From Promethearchaeota archaeon (GTDB taxonomy: Archaea; Asgardarchaeota; Lokiarchaeia; Sigyniarchaeales; SOKP01), in assembly GCA_048940445.1 (NCBI GenBank), contig JBHLON010000007.1, forward strand, positions 1-64,000: a DNA stretch of 64,000 nucleotides, in the 5' to 3' direction. The notes under the pieces are model-generated. The model was not told where the DNA came from. It was given only the letters and a program-made list of their open reading frames with translations, and ran no database searches. Of this stretch, positions 53,001 through 60,707 are shown piece after piece; position 1 is the first letter of the stretch; each line of letters starts with the position of its first letter. Made by a program: the position numbers and the translations under genes.

Positions 53001-53399
53001 GAAGATATTACTATTTCAATTGATAATGTGATACTCCAAATAACCTATGATGTGTTCGTCCCCGTTGAAGAATCGTATTTATTTCCACTATTATTTGCCA
53101 TTGCCGCATTAGTGGCATCGGGAGTAACCATCTACATTATTTATTATCAGAAAGTACTTAAATATCCCATCCCGGTAAGGAAAGTACGAAAATTCCGTAA
53201 AACCTTAATGAAAGAGGAAACACCAAACAAACCTATTAAAGCACGTGAACGAGCATTTGAAGATGTATATCAAGAAGAATTAAAGAAATCATCGAAGTTT
53301 ATAAGGGGAACGCCAGTCAATGGGAAATTACTAAGAGATAAAATGTTAAGTAGAATTAACAATAGAACACTAAGCCCATCAGATGAAAAAGCCGATTGA
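50037..53399 (+). CDS. Tandem fusion of two type A surface-protein units (TM-ecto-TM-tail-TM-ecto-TM-tail)
   Basis: Two full type A domains, each followed by a TM and tail (YRRVLRFPKAVRKLRRFRK; YQKVLKYPIPVRKVRKFRK), with an internal signal-anchor LIIIIFLIFGLLFSPILF. Confidence 0.8.
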   Translation: MASITKENKKVFISVIIFCLFITLGLYIFSNYQNSYSKYNQNRMLLLNQGGFLGQWFSESHQEQWINNPDFNNSIGWTSEYSGDLSDVGTYISGGSASFQVIGASHTTTLISGTPNSSKSPNWHNITNPEIPVYPTHGHRIDQFGCFASHYWAENLGTTTNAYQKTSVHWEKIITTPYNMSDYIINNASLSVLVNATAKAYTGGNTEDKWSWEGVEVYGDAYARFYEGDYIRFYVRLSNLNKDVSFKVAQYQTSTLGQDGSSINGSYDYLNDTFFEANNMNDLIFYLNQVLINGDFQNFIITLGMEFNCEDNQITDLDEFTAAYIKSCNFTISYVKRINQLTSASWKYLGEQINNKGGIVRVTDAKLYYDYKIDKLWSSNLSPNSELKILINDLEHDETIKLSSAGLTFNSAKQNGFEITRLIPPYERINISIQMVLADEFQLSENYTIGIDNVILDISYDLFFQAQLNTLFQTLLLLALITLGGLTFYYVYYRRVLRFPKAVRKLRRFRKTLNKETSPDVKVIDRNKAFKNQYKKDIKPTSNLLGIQSTPKREDRNLTSNKKQLIIIIFLIFGLLFSPILFGTRVTGYKNEIRREGITLTQNTPPEQYQRETRIAQWIQNSQFNTEDRWISLLDGDMSDIGANISGGHANFNVIGNSGITEFSENGLSNNWTRIENEDNIVLPDVIAGGGYGMDDRGWYAYYNWPDNQPQSVKVQWMKNFSMNVNMSDYYITSASLKAWINGTAQATSMDNGGIDRPGDSLVNNPSNELQIATGDFARFFILISDPEASRKFTAIEYQTDDLGKDGPPAITQLNDTLITPINEETLKFFLEEALHSDHQNFAITLGIYIWCEDSGHPGDQDNWQSLVIKNWSLSVSYEKKINQFSTITWKYLGDQIEAGGYEIEITQAILNFDYRINRLWPTSASPNSEMRVLVDNVDYTETLKLGRAETSFTRVSETGFDVTELIPNDKEINVSIQTYLADEFRLSEDITISIDNVILQITYDVFVPVEESYLFPLLFAIAALVASGVTIYIIYYQKVLKYPIPVRKVRKFRKTLMKEETPNKPIKARERAFEDVYQEELKKSSKFIRGTPVNGKLLRDKMLSRINNRTLSPSDEKAD

Positions 53400-53516
53400 T
53401 AAAAAGAATAAAATGATTTAAAATACATATTTATTTATCTATCTTTAAAGAAAAAATAAAATTAATTATTTAATTTATCTATTTAATCTTAAAATAGGGT
53501 CAGAGGGCTCTCAAAA

Positions 53517-54563
53517 TTGATTAATGAAATAAAAGTATTTAAATTAAAGTATTCAGGAGATTTAGAAGAAATTTCAACAGAGAATTTATTATCAAATTTT
53601 ACGTTGTTTGACATTTTAACTTTTTATGATATAAATCAAAAGCGATTATATATCTGGGTTAGTAAAAAAGTTTCCCATACTTTAAAAAGCCATATTCCTT
53701 CTATTCGTGAGATATTTCTAAGGAATTATCCCCAATTCAAAGTCATACGCAATATAATAATAGAACAGGATTTAGAACCAGCAAATTTTTTTGATATTAT
53801 AGGAATTTCAGAAAAAAGATATAGAGATCACTTTAAACAATTAGAATTTAAACTATTGCCTGTATTATCTGAAATATATCGATTAAAAGAGAGCATAGAT
53901 AAATATTTTGAGTCAGAGAATTATAAAGAAGCGGCGAATATAGCTCAGAAAGTTTTAAAGTTAGCTCAAGAAATCGACGATTATTCACTCGAAAGGGATA
54001 TGCTTAATTTTATTGAGGAAATGAAATTGAGGGCCAAAGCTAAGCAGAATGTAAGAGAAATTGAAACTGAAGCAGAAATAAAGTTAAAAGTTTTTGAAAA
54101 TCTAATTAGAGCTGAAAATTACAAAGAAGCCCATAAGATAGCGCAAGATTTTAAAGATAAATATCAAAATAACTTTAATTTGCATTCAATTCAATATGCT
54201 CAAGACTTACTACTAAAAGATGAAAATATTGTATATAATTTGAGAGAAGAACAGCGGGTATTAGAAAAGAATTTTGAAGTGATAGGAAAAAAAATTGAAA
54301 AATTGATTGAAGCCAAAAAGATACTTCATACTGGAAAAATGATAAAAGAAGCTGAAATTTTAGTAGATAAAATAATTGATAGGACAACTTTAAACAAATT
54401 TGACTCAATAAAAAGAAGGTATCAAGCGATCAAGATAAACCAAAAAAATGCTCTCGAGGAATTAAGTAAAAGCGCTCTTAGTCTTATTGATAAGCGTAAA
54501 TTTTTAGATGCGATAGAAATATTCGACCAGATTATCGATCTTTTAGAGAATTCTATTCAATAA
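53517..54563 (+). CDS. Gelsolin-like domain + helical (TPR/coiled-coil) protein
   Basis: RLYIWVSKK and IEQDLEPANFF resemble gelsolin Y(I/V)WxG and ExxEPxxF motifs; repeated ENYKEA helices. Confidence 0.6.
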   Translation: MINEIKVFKLKYSGDLEEISTENLLSNFTLFDILTFYDINQKRLYIWVSKKVSHTLKSHIPSIREIFLRNYPQFKVIRNIIIEQDLEPANFFDIIGISEKRYRDHFKQLEFKLLPVLSEIYRLKESIDKYFESENYKEAANIAQKVLKLAQEIDDYSLERDMLNFIEEMKLRAKAKQNVREIETEAEIKLKVFENLIRAENYKEAHKIAQDFKDKYQNNFNLHSIQYAQDLLLKDENIVYNLREEQRVLEKNFEVIGKKIEKLIEAKKILHTGKMIKEAEILVDKIIDRTTLNKFDSIKRRYQAIKINQKNALEELSKSALSLIDKRKFLDAIEIFDQIIDLLENSIQ

Positions 54564-54569
54564 ATAGTT

Positions 54570-55730
54570 ATGAGGGTATCACTAATGGATTCCAAAGAAG
54601 AAAAATTAGATGAAAGGAAAAAAATTGTTATAATTTCAGAGATTGATGAATTAAAGGTAATTGCACACAATCATTACTTAATGGGAAAATATGATGATGC
54701 AATTAAAACAGCAAAAGATATAATAGAACTTGCAAGACAGGCAGAACTAAATTCTATAGTAAAGGAACAGCAAAAATTCATATCTAAAGTATATCAACTC
54801 AGCGAAAAAGGAGATCAAAAGTCCATTCTCATTGATGATTTTAAGGATTTAAAAAAAAATTTCGAAAACTTATTAAATAGTAATAAAATTTATGAAGCAC
54901 ATGAATTAGTAAGAAATTTTAATGAAAAACATAATAAAGTTATCAATTTAAGCCTAAATACCGAAATCCAAGATCTTATTAATAGAGAAAAAAAAATTTG
55001 GGAACTTTATTCTACCAAACAAAAAGATATAAGAAGAAAATTAGAGCCACTCGAAATTCAATTAAATAGTTATCTTAGTACGAATAATGTCATCCTAGCT
55101 AATGATGTAATGAAAAAAGCTAAAGGGCTCTTGAAAGAAGTTACAGATGAATCTATAAAAGAAAAGTGGGATACACTAGAGGTTATTTTTATTGAACTCA
55201 AAAAGAAATATGACTTTCTTGAAAAGATTGAAAGTTTGATGCGAGAGGTTACAAAACTCACAGATAAATATGAATTTGACCAAGCTAATAATTTATTAAG
55301 ATTAATCAATCAAATTGTTGAAGAAAAAAGCTTAGGAAACTTTAAGAAAGAAATAAATTTAAAAAAGAGGTCTATTCTTGATGCAAAACAGAAATATAAT
55401 AAATTAATGCAGGATATTGAACATCTCGAAATTCTAGTTGAAGAAAGTATAAAGAAATTTTTATTTAATGATGCTATAGATAATTGTAATCAAATAATAA
55501 AAATAGCGAGATTTATCGGAAAAAAAAATTATGTTGATAAATATTCTGAATACATCAATGATATCAAGAAAAAAATCAGAGATTTTAATGAGTTTGAAAA
55601 ACTTCGGATTCTTATAATCAAACTTAATTCAGAAGCTATAAATGCCTTAAACAAGGAACATTTTGAGTTAGCTTTAAAAAGATTTAAAGAAATTAAAGAA
55701 AAATTAACATTTTTTATTAATGAACAATAA
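54570..55730 (+). CDS. Helical TPR/coiled-coil protein related to the C-terminal part of 53517
   Basis: YDDAIKTAKDIIELARQ, IYEAHEL..F..K and FNDAIDNCNQIIKIAR repeats resembling those of the upstream gene. Confidence 0.6.
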   Translation: MRVSLMDSKEEKLDERKKIVIISEIDELKVIAHNHYLMGKYDDAIKTAKDIIELARQAELNSIVKEQQKFISKVYQLSEKGDQKSILIDDFKDLKKNFENLLNSNKIYEAHELVRNFNEKHNKVINLSLNTEIQDLINREKKIWELYSTKQKDIRRKLEPLEIQLNSYLSTNNVILANDVMKKAKGLLKEVTDESIKEKWDTLEVIFIELKKKYDFLEKIESLMREVTKLTDKYEFDQANNLLRLINQIVEEKSLGNFKKEINLKKRSILDAKQKYNKLMQDIEHLEILVEESIKKFLFNDAIDNCNQIIKIARFIGKKNYVDKYSEYINDIKKKIRDFNEFEKLRILIIKLNSEAINALNKEHFELALKRFKEIKEKLTFFINEQ

Positions 55731-55840
55731 TTAATCCTTTATTCTTGGATTAATAACTAATTTAAATTTACACTTGAATCTATACTTTATTTAGAAAATT
55801 TTTAAATAGTTGAGAATTGAATAAATAATTCTGAGAAGAA

Positions 55841-56266
55841 TTGATCCAAGAAATAATTATTTTATCTAATACAGGTATTCCATTATTTAATTATACTATA
55901 GATGATAACCTCAATAAGAAATACGATTATCGGTTAATTGCGAGTTATTTTGACCAAATTTGCCGCTTTACTCGCTATAAATTTAACCAGAGTCTAGTAA
56001 CCTTAAAAATAGGTAAAAATGAATTCTATTTTTATACTTCTCCCGATAAGGTTTGTCATTTAGTTATTAAAACTGATAATAAAAAGATGAATAAAAAAAC
56101 TGTAGATCTATTTGCCAAGGAAATATTGGATAAATTCAGTTCTAAATTTAAAATGAAATTAATTGAATTTAATGGCAATATCAATGTATTTAAATCATTT
56201 ACTAAGGATATTGAACGGTTAATCAAAACTAAAAATCTTAAATCAATTACATCAAGACTTTTTTAG
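55841..56266 (+). CDS. Longin-like domain protein
   Basis: 141 aa; MIQEIIILSNTGIPLFNY start and F..KF....FNGN...F..F C-terminal pattern typical of longin/sigma-adaptin-like folds. Confidence 0.55.
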   Translation: MIQEIIILSNTGIPLFNYTIDDNLNKKYDYRLIASYFDQICRFTRYKFNQSLVTLKIGKNEFYFYTSPDKVCHLVIKTDNKKMNKKTVDLFAKEILDKFSSKFKMKLIEFNGNINVFKSFTKDIERLIKTKNLKSITSRLF

Positions 56267-56806
56267 ACAAGCCAATATAATAGCATCATAAAATTTGCTA
56301 TTTAAATTTAAATATTCTTTTAATTGACCTTCTTCTATAAATCCAGAGCTTTTAAAAGTAGAAATTGAACGAACGTTTTCTAAAGCGATATGAGCCTGAA
56401 TTCTATTTAGTTTGAGGTGGAAAAAAGCAATAATTTTTATCAAATTTAGAGTTTTTTTTCCAAAACCTTTTTCCCAATAATTAGGAATTAGCCATACCCC
56501 TACTTCGGCTCTTTTATGTTGCCAACTTATGTTCCATAAGCTCACAGATCCAATTTTAAGAGGTTCATTTATTTCTCGGAGTTCGATTATATAATTAAAT
56601 TGAATATAACTATCCCAATATTTTAAATAGTTTTTAACGATACGTTTTGCATGATCAAGAGAGTATAAAGGGCCTAACGAGAGATAATCCGTTATTTCCT
56701 TAATTTTTAAGCTTTTAAAAAAAAAAGAAATATCATCTTTGGAAATTTTTCTTAAATAGAGATTATTATCATTAATCTCTTCGATTAAGTCGATATTTGG
56801 CAACAT
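56252..56806 (-). CDS. GNAT acetyltransferase, RimJ/RimL family
   Basis: LYLRKI, AEVGVWL..YWEKGFG, LNRIQA..N..S..GF.EEG.L. Confidence 0.85.
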   Translation of the reverse strand: MLPNIDLIEEINDNNLYLRKISKDDISFFFKSLKIKEITDYLSLGPLYSLDHAKRIVKNYLKYWDSYIQFNYIIELREINEPLKIGSVSLWNISWQHKRAEVGVWLIPNYWEKGFGKKTLNLIKIIAFFHLKLNRIQAHIALENVRSISTFKSSGFIEEGQLKEYLNLNSKFYDAIILACLKKS

Positions 56807-56860
56807 TTTTTATCCAAAAATTTAATTTTTGAAGAAAAAAATAGAAAAAAGATATAACAA

Positions 56861-57814
56861 TTACATCCCTTTGAAATGGGGAGTATCTTTTATTCGTTTC
56901 GCTCCACCACAATTTTGACAGGTACTTCCATCTTCCATTTTACCTTTACCATTGCAGACAGGACATCTAACTTTCCGGTTAAATGCAGCAACACCTTCTT
57001 TAGAATCAAAGCTTGCACTATTAACTCCAAAACCAAGTTGTTCCATCATAATACCTAATTGTGGGTATCTGGTTCCAAATTTTACGCATTTCTTTATAAT
57101 AAATAGAGCAGTCGTTGGGGCATCCCCAAGCCATTTTGCTTTTTCATGAACTAAGTTTTCAAATTCATCTCCAGCTGGAACCATCCATGTTACCAACCCC
57201 CAATCAAGCATTGTTTTTGCATCAAATTGTTCTCCAAAATAACCCACACGTAAGGCTCTATTGAGTCCGATTCTTTCAGCTAATCTCGTGACTCCCCCAT
57301 TTGCTGAAAAGATTCCACGATGAATCTCTGGGGTTCCAAATATAGCTCTATCGCTCGCGATGACAATATCACAAGTTAATACTAATTCAAAACCTCCACC
57401 CAGAGCAAATCCATCGACAGCAGCGATTAATGGCTTGGAGAATTGTGCTAATTCATCATATTCTCTATGTCGTATTCTCATTGCCATACTCATATGCATT
57501 GGAACATTCATTTTTAATCTTGGATCAACCATTGCTGCAAGATCTGCACCTGCAGAAAATGCAGGTTTTTTTGTATAGTTTTTCGTCCCTCTTAAAACTA
57601 CAGCTCTAATTGAATGGTCAAGTTCCATAATTCTAAGAGCCTTTGAAATTTCTGCAACAGTCTGCTCTGTTAAGGCATTTAATCTATCTGGTCTATTAAT
57701 TGAAATAACACCATAATTTCCATCAATAGTTCCTTCACGAATCACATTTCCATTGTCATCCTTTAAGGTGGGCCACTCTATTTTAATATGCTCAAATTTT
57801 GTTTCTTCAGCCAC
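56861..57814 (-). CDS. Enoyl-CoA hydratase/isomerase with C-terminal DnaJ-type Zn finger
   Basis: INRPDRLNAL, FSAGADL, KPLIAAVDGFALGGGFEL, FGTPE; CPVCNGKG..CQNCGG near the C-terminus. Confidence 0.88.
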   Translation of the reverse strand: MAEETKFEHIKIEWPTLKDDNGNVIREGTIDGNYGVISINRPDRLNALTEQTVAEISKALRIMELDHSIRAVVLRGTKNYTKKPAFSAGADLAAMVDPRLKMNVPMHMSMAMRIRHREYDELAQFSKPLIAAVDGFALGGGFELVLTCDIVIASDRAIFGTPEIHRGIFSANGGVTRLAERIGLNRALRVGYFGEQFDAKTMLDWGLVTWMVPAGDEFENLVHEKAKWLGDAPTTALFIIKKCVKFGTRYPQLGIMMEQLGFGVNSASFDSKEGVAAFNRKVRCPVCNGKGKMEDGSTCQNCGGAKRIKDTPHFKGM

Positions 57815-57974
57815 TCTTCTTACCTTCTTATCCTATATTTTTTGAATTTAATTTAATTTTGAACTATTTTAAGCAATTACTTAAATAATTTTTAAAATTA
57901 AAATTTTAAGAATTTATTAATTAAATTTAATCCAATCTTTTTGATATACAGAATAAAAAAAATAGAAATTTAGG

Positions 57975-59168
57975 TTATTTTCTCATTTTAGAGAATTCTC
58001 CTGATTTCATTAGATCAATTGGACGAAAATAATCTTTCCCAGTCTTATCAGCTAAATCGTTTAAAACTTTTGACCATTCTTCATAGTTCTTTTTACCTGC
58101 TCCAAAAGGTCCTGGAGCATTCATTCCTGCCATATTTGCATCATCAATCACTTTAAATCCACTAGCAATACCTTCATCTAAGATTCGGCAACCTTCATTT
58201 AGCATTATAGCAAAGACCGTATTTAAGTTAAAAAGTCCTGCTGGTTCAGCGGTTTTTATTTTGGTCATGATTGCATCTCGTCCTTGGCTCCAATCATAAA
58301 AACCTTTTCCAGTTTTCTGGCCTAAATTTCCCTTATTAACCATTTCATTTATAACTTCGCCTGGCTCAAAATCTGGAGAGAGTGTTTCTTTATAATAATT
58401 CATTACATGGAAAGTTGTATCGAGACCAACAAAATCAGTCAAAACACAAGGCGGCATTGGCATCTTACCACCAGCATCAGCATCTAATCGCTCCCAAGGG
58501 ATATTAATCTTTTTTGCTTCTTCAAATGCCCAATTTAGATAAATTTGAACTGGTGCATTCATTCGGTTAACAATAAAACCGGGTCTATCTTTTAATACTG
58601 GAGCAATATATCTTTGACCTCTTAAGCATGGTAATTTACCAGCTACCTCCATAGCTGTATTAAAGGTTTCATCTGATGTGTTTTTACCTCGTATAACTTC
58701 CACGCATCTCATAAGGGGTACGGGATTGAAGAAATGCATTCCACAAACACGATCAGGAGCACCACTATCTTTTCCTATCTCTGTTATACTCATTGTTGAA
58801 GTATTTGACGCAAAAATAGCGTGAGAAGGGCCATTTTCCATAACAGTTTTAGCGACTTTCTTCTTAATATCCATTTTTTCAACTACTGCTTCAATTACAA
58901 AATCAATATTTTTTACTGCAGATACAAGGTCAATTGACTTTTTACATCGAGTTAAAACATCATTTGCGGATACACCTTCACCCAAAGCCCCTTTTAATTC
59001 AAGTTTCTTTAGACCCTCTTCAATCTGAGAAAATCCTTTATTTACTAATTCATCATTAATATCTACCATAGTAACATTATATCCCGCCATTAAAGCAACT
59101 TGTCCAATACCACTCCCCATCAATCCGGCTCCTAACACTAAGATATTTTTAACCATTTTTAATTTCAA
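57975..59168 (-). CDS. 3-hydroxyacyl-CoA dehydrogenase
   Basis: GAGLMGSGI, EAVVE, ASNTS, GMHFFNP, PGFIVNR, GQKTGKGFY. Confidence 0.92.
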   Translation of the reverse strand: MKLKMVKNILVLGAGLMGSGIGQVALMAGYNVTMVDINDELVNKGFSQIEEGLKKLELKGALGEGVSANDVLTRCKKSIDLVSAVKNIDFVIEAVVEKMDIKKKVAKTVMENGPSHAIFASNTSTMSITEIGKDSGAPDRVCGMHFFNPVPLMRCVEVIRGKNTSDETFNTAMEVAGKLPCLRGQRYIAPVLKDRPGFIVNRMNAPVQIYLNWAFEEAKKINIPWERLDADAGGKMPMPPCVLTDFVGLDTTFHVMNYYKETLSPDFEPGEVINEMVNKGNLGQKTGKGFYDWSQGRDAIMTKIKTAEPAGLFNLNTVFAIMLNEGCRILDEGIASGFKVIDDANMAGMNAPGPFGAGKKNYEEWSKVLNDLADKTGKDYFRPIDLMKSGEFSKMRK

Positions 59169-59453
59169 CCTTTCTTAATATATTTTTAGATAAAGATTTT
59201 AACAAATAATTAAATCTTATTTTTTTTATAACTTTTAACATTTTGTTTATCTTAAAAGTCAACCTGATGATCTATTTCTTAAATTACTATATTAATTTTA
59301 TAAAAGAGTATAAACTTGTTATATATCCTAATATTAATTCAAGAACTATAAATAATAAATATAGAAAATTTTGGTTTAATTTTTTTTCTTTAAAATTAAA
59401 AACTTGTGCTACTATTTGTATTATAATATTAAAAAACAGATAAGCAAAAGTAT

Positions 59454-60065
59454 ATGCCTTTTTACAATGTTGCAGAGAATGGTTCTTTACGAAAAGTTAC
59501 AAAATTGCATTTTAGTGATAACAATAGAGTATATCTGATCGACACAGACAACATAATTTATCTCTGGTATGGTGAAAAAGCATCGAAAAAGAAGAAGAAT
59601 TTGGGATTAAATAGAGCTAAACAACTTAAAGAAAAAAAGGAGATCTCTGCAAAAGTTCAAATAATTCAACAAAATCAAGAATTCGGAGGATTCTTAGCAA
59701 TAATGGAAGCTTATAAAGCTAATGGAGCTATCGATGGTAATATTAAACTGCGCCCTGAATTAGAATTAGAAGTGGAGGATACAAAAGAACTTATTGAAGC
59801 GGGTTTAGAACCAGATCTTATTGCAGAGATAAATATAGCAGCATATGAACTTACTCAAAAAAATAAAGAGTATAAAGAATTATGTACAGAACTTGCTAAA
59901 TTACAATTGTCTATTATCAAAGGAAAAGGAAAAAAAATCACTGAAAATGAGATTAAAAGGAAATCAGAAGTAATTTTAAAATCATCAGCAACTTACGAAG
60001 AAGTTTGTTGGTTAATTTCTGAGCTGAGTATCTTATCTAACAAGAAAATTTTTAAGAAACATTAA
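59454..60065 (+). CDS. Asgard one-domain gelsolin + helical domain X protein (1DGelX-like)
   Basis: VYLIDTDNIIYLWYGEKAS...IIQQNQE..F gelsolin domain; C-terminal duplicated helix AAYEL..YKELC..LA / SEVI..TYEEVCWLISE. Confidence 0.7.
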   Translation: MPFYNVAENGSLRKVTKLHFSDNNRVYLIDTDNIIYLWYGEKASKKKKNLGLNRAKQLKEKKEISAKVQIIQQNQEFGGFLAIMEAYKANGAIDGNIKLRPELELEVEDTKELIEAGLEPDLIAEINIAAYELTQKNKEYKELCTELAKLQLSIIKGKGKKITENEIKRKSEVILKSSATYEEVCWLISELSILSNKKIFKKH

Positions 60066-60140
60066 TAAAAGTTATTTTTAAAAATTTTTATTTATCTTAT
60101 TTTTTCTAAAATTTAGTAATTAGGTTTTACTTTTTTTCTA

Positions 60141-60635
60141 CTAATTATTTTCTATAATTTTTTGAATTAATTTCTCAATGTTGCTATCAATAATCTTTAA
60201 AATTTTTAAGTAAGTTTCAGAATTCGTATAGTAGGGATCTAAAATGTCAGGGTTAAATGAGTCTCCATTAAATTCTTTAAGAGTTAAAATTTTCTTGTCA
60301 ATATCTTTGATATTGGAGTATGTTCTAATTATTTCAACTGATTGTGCTTTCTCCATAGTTAAAATTAAGTCTTGTTTTTCCAAAAGTGCCTTATTGATAA
60401 GCTGAGGTCGAAAATCTGAATGATCTATACCTTTGGAATTTAAATATTCATGAGACTTTGGTTGCATATAAGAAAAGACATTTATAAAACCGGCGCTCTT
60501 AAAAGAAAGATTAATATTAGATTTTTTCGCATAATAACGTGCTAAATATTCAGCTACGGGACTCCTGGCTGTATTTCTGGCTTTCTAATTAATACTTCCA
60601 GTACAGACAAAGAGTATAGATTTGATTTTTTTCAT
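60141..60635 (-). CDS. Low-molecular-weight protein tyrosine phosphatase/arsenate reductase family; join(60635..60596, 60574..60141), 157 aa after removing a 21-nt insert
   Basis: Spliced product MKKIKSILFVCTGNTARSPVAEYL...FKSAG...DLILTME...DILDPYY has an intact CX5R P-loop and DPYY acid loop. The ORF track only shows the 108-aa tail. Confidence 0.85.
60575..60595 (-). other. Candidate bulge-helix-bulge (tRNA-type) intron in a protein-coding mRNA, 21 nt, with in-frame UAG
   Basis: mRNA CUGUA-CUGG-AA^G-UAUUAAUUAGAAAG-CCAG-AA^A-UACAG: 5-bp exon helix, 3-nt bulge, 4-bp helix, 3-nt bulge. Canonical cuts remove exactly GUAUUAAUUAGAAAGCCAGAA. Confidence 0.75.
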
Positions 60636-60707
60636 AATTTTTCTATTATTAGAATGGTATTCAATTAAAATAAACATTTATGTATTCAATAGAAGAAAAA
60701 TTTAGAT

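Noticed and set aside
59243-59443. 66-aa ORF in the divergent intergenic region
   Set aside because: Low-complexity AT-rich promoter region, TTG start, no recognisable motifs.
60585-60587. In-frame TAG read through as pyrrolysine
   Set aside because: Readthrough would leave seven extra residues in the CX5R loop and destroy catalytic spacing; TAG is used as a normal stop elsewhere (e.g. hdrA).
60577-60595. The PTP insert begins GT and contains CAG, resembling a spliceosomal GT-AG intron
   Set aside because: GT..AG excision removes 19 nt and shifts the frame; only the 21-nt BHB excision restores CTGNTARS.
60572-60598. Insert as a transposon footprint with a 3-bp GAA duplication
   Set aside because: Not excluded, but there are no terminal inverted repeats or IS nearby, and it would not explain the CCAG complementary to exon CUGG that yields BHB geometry.
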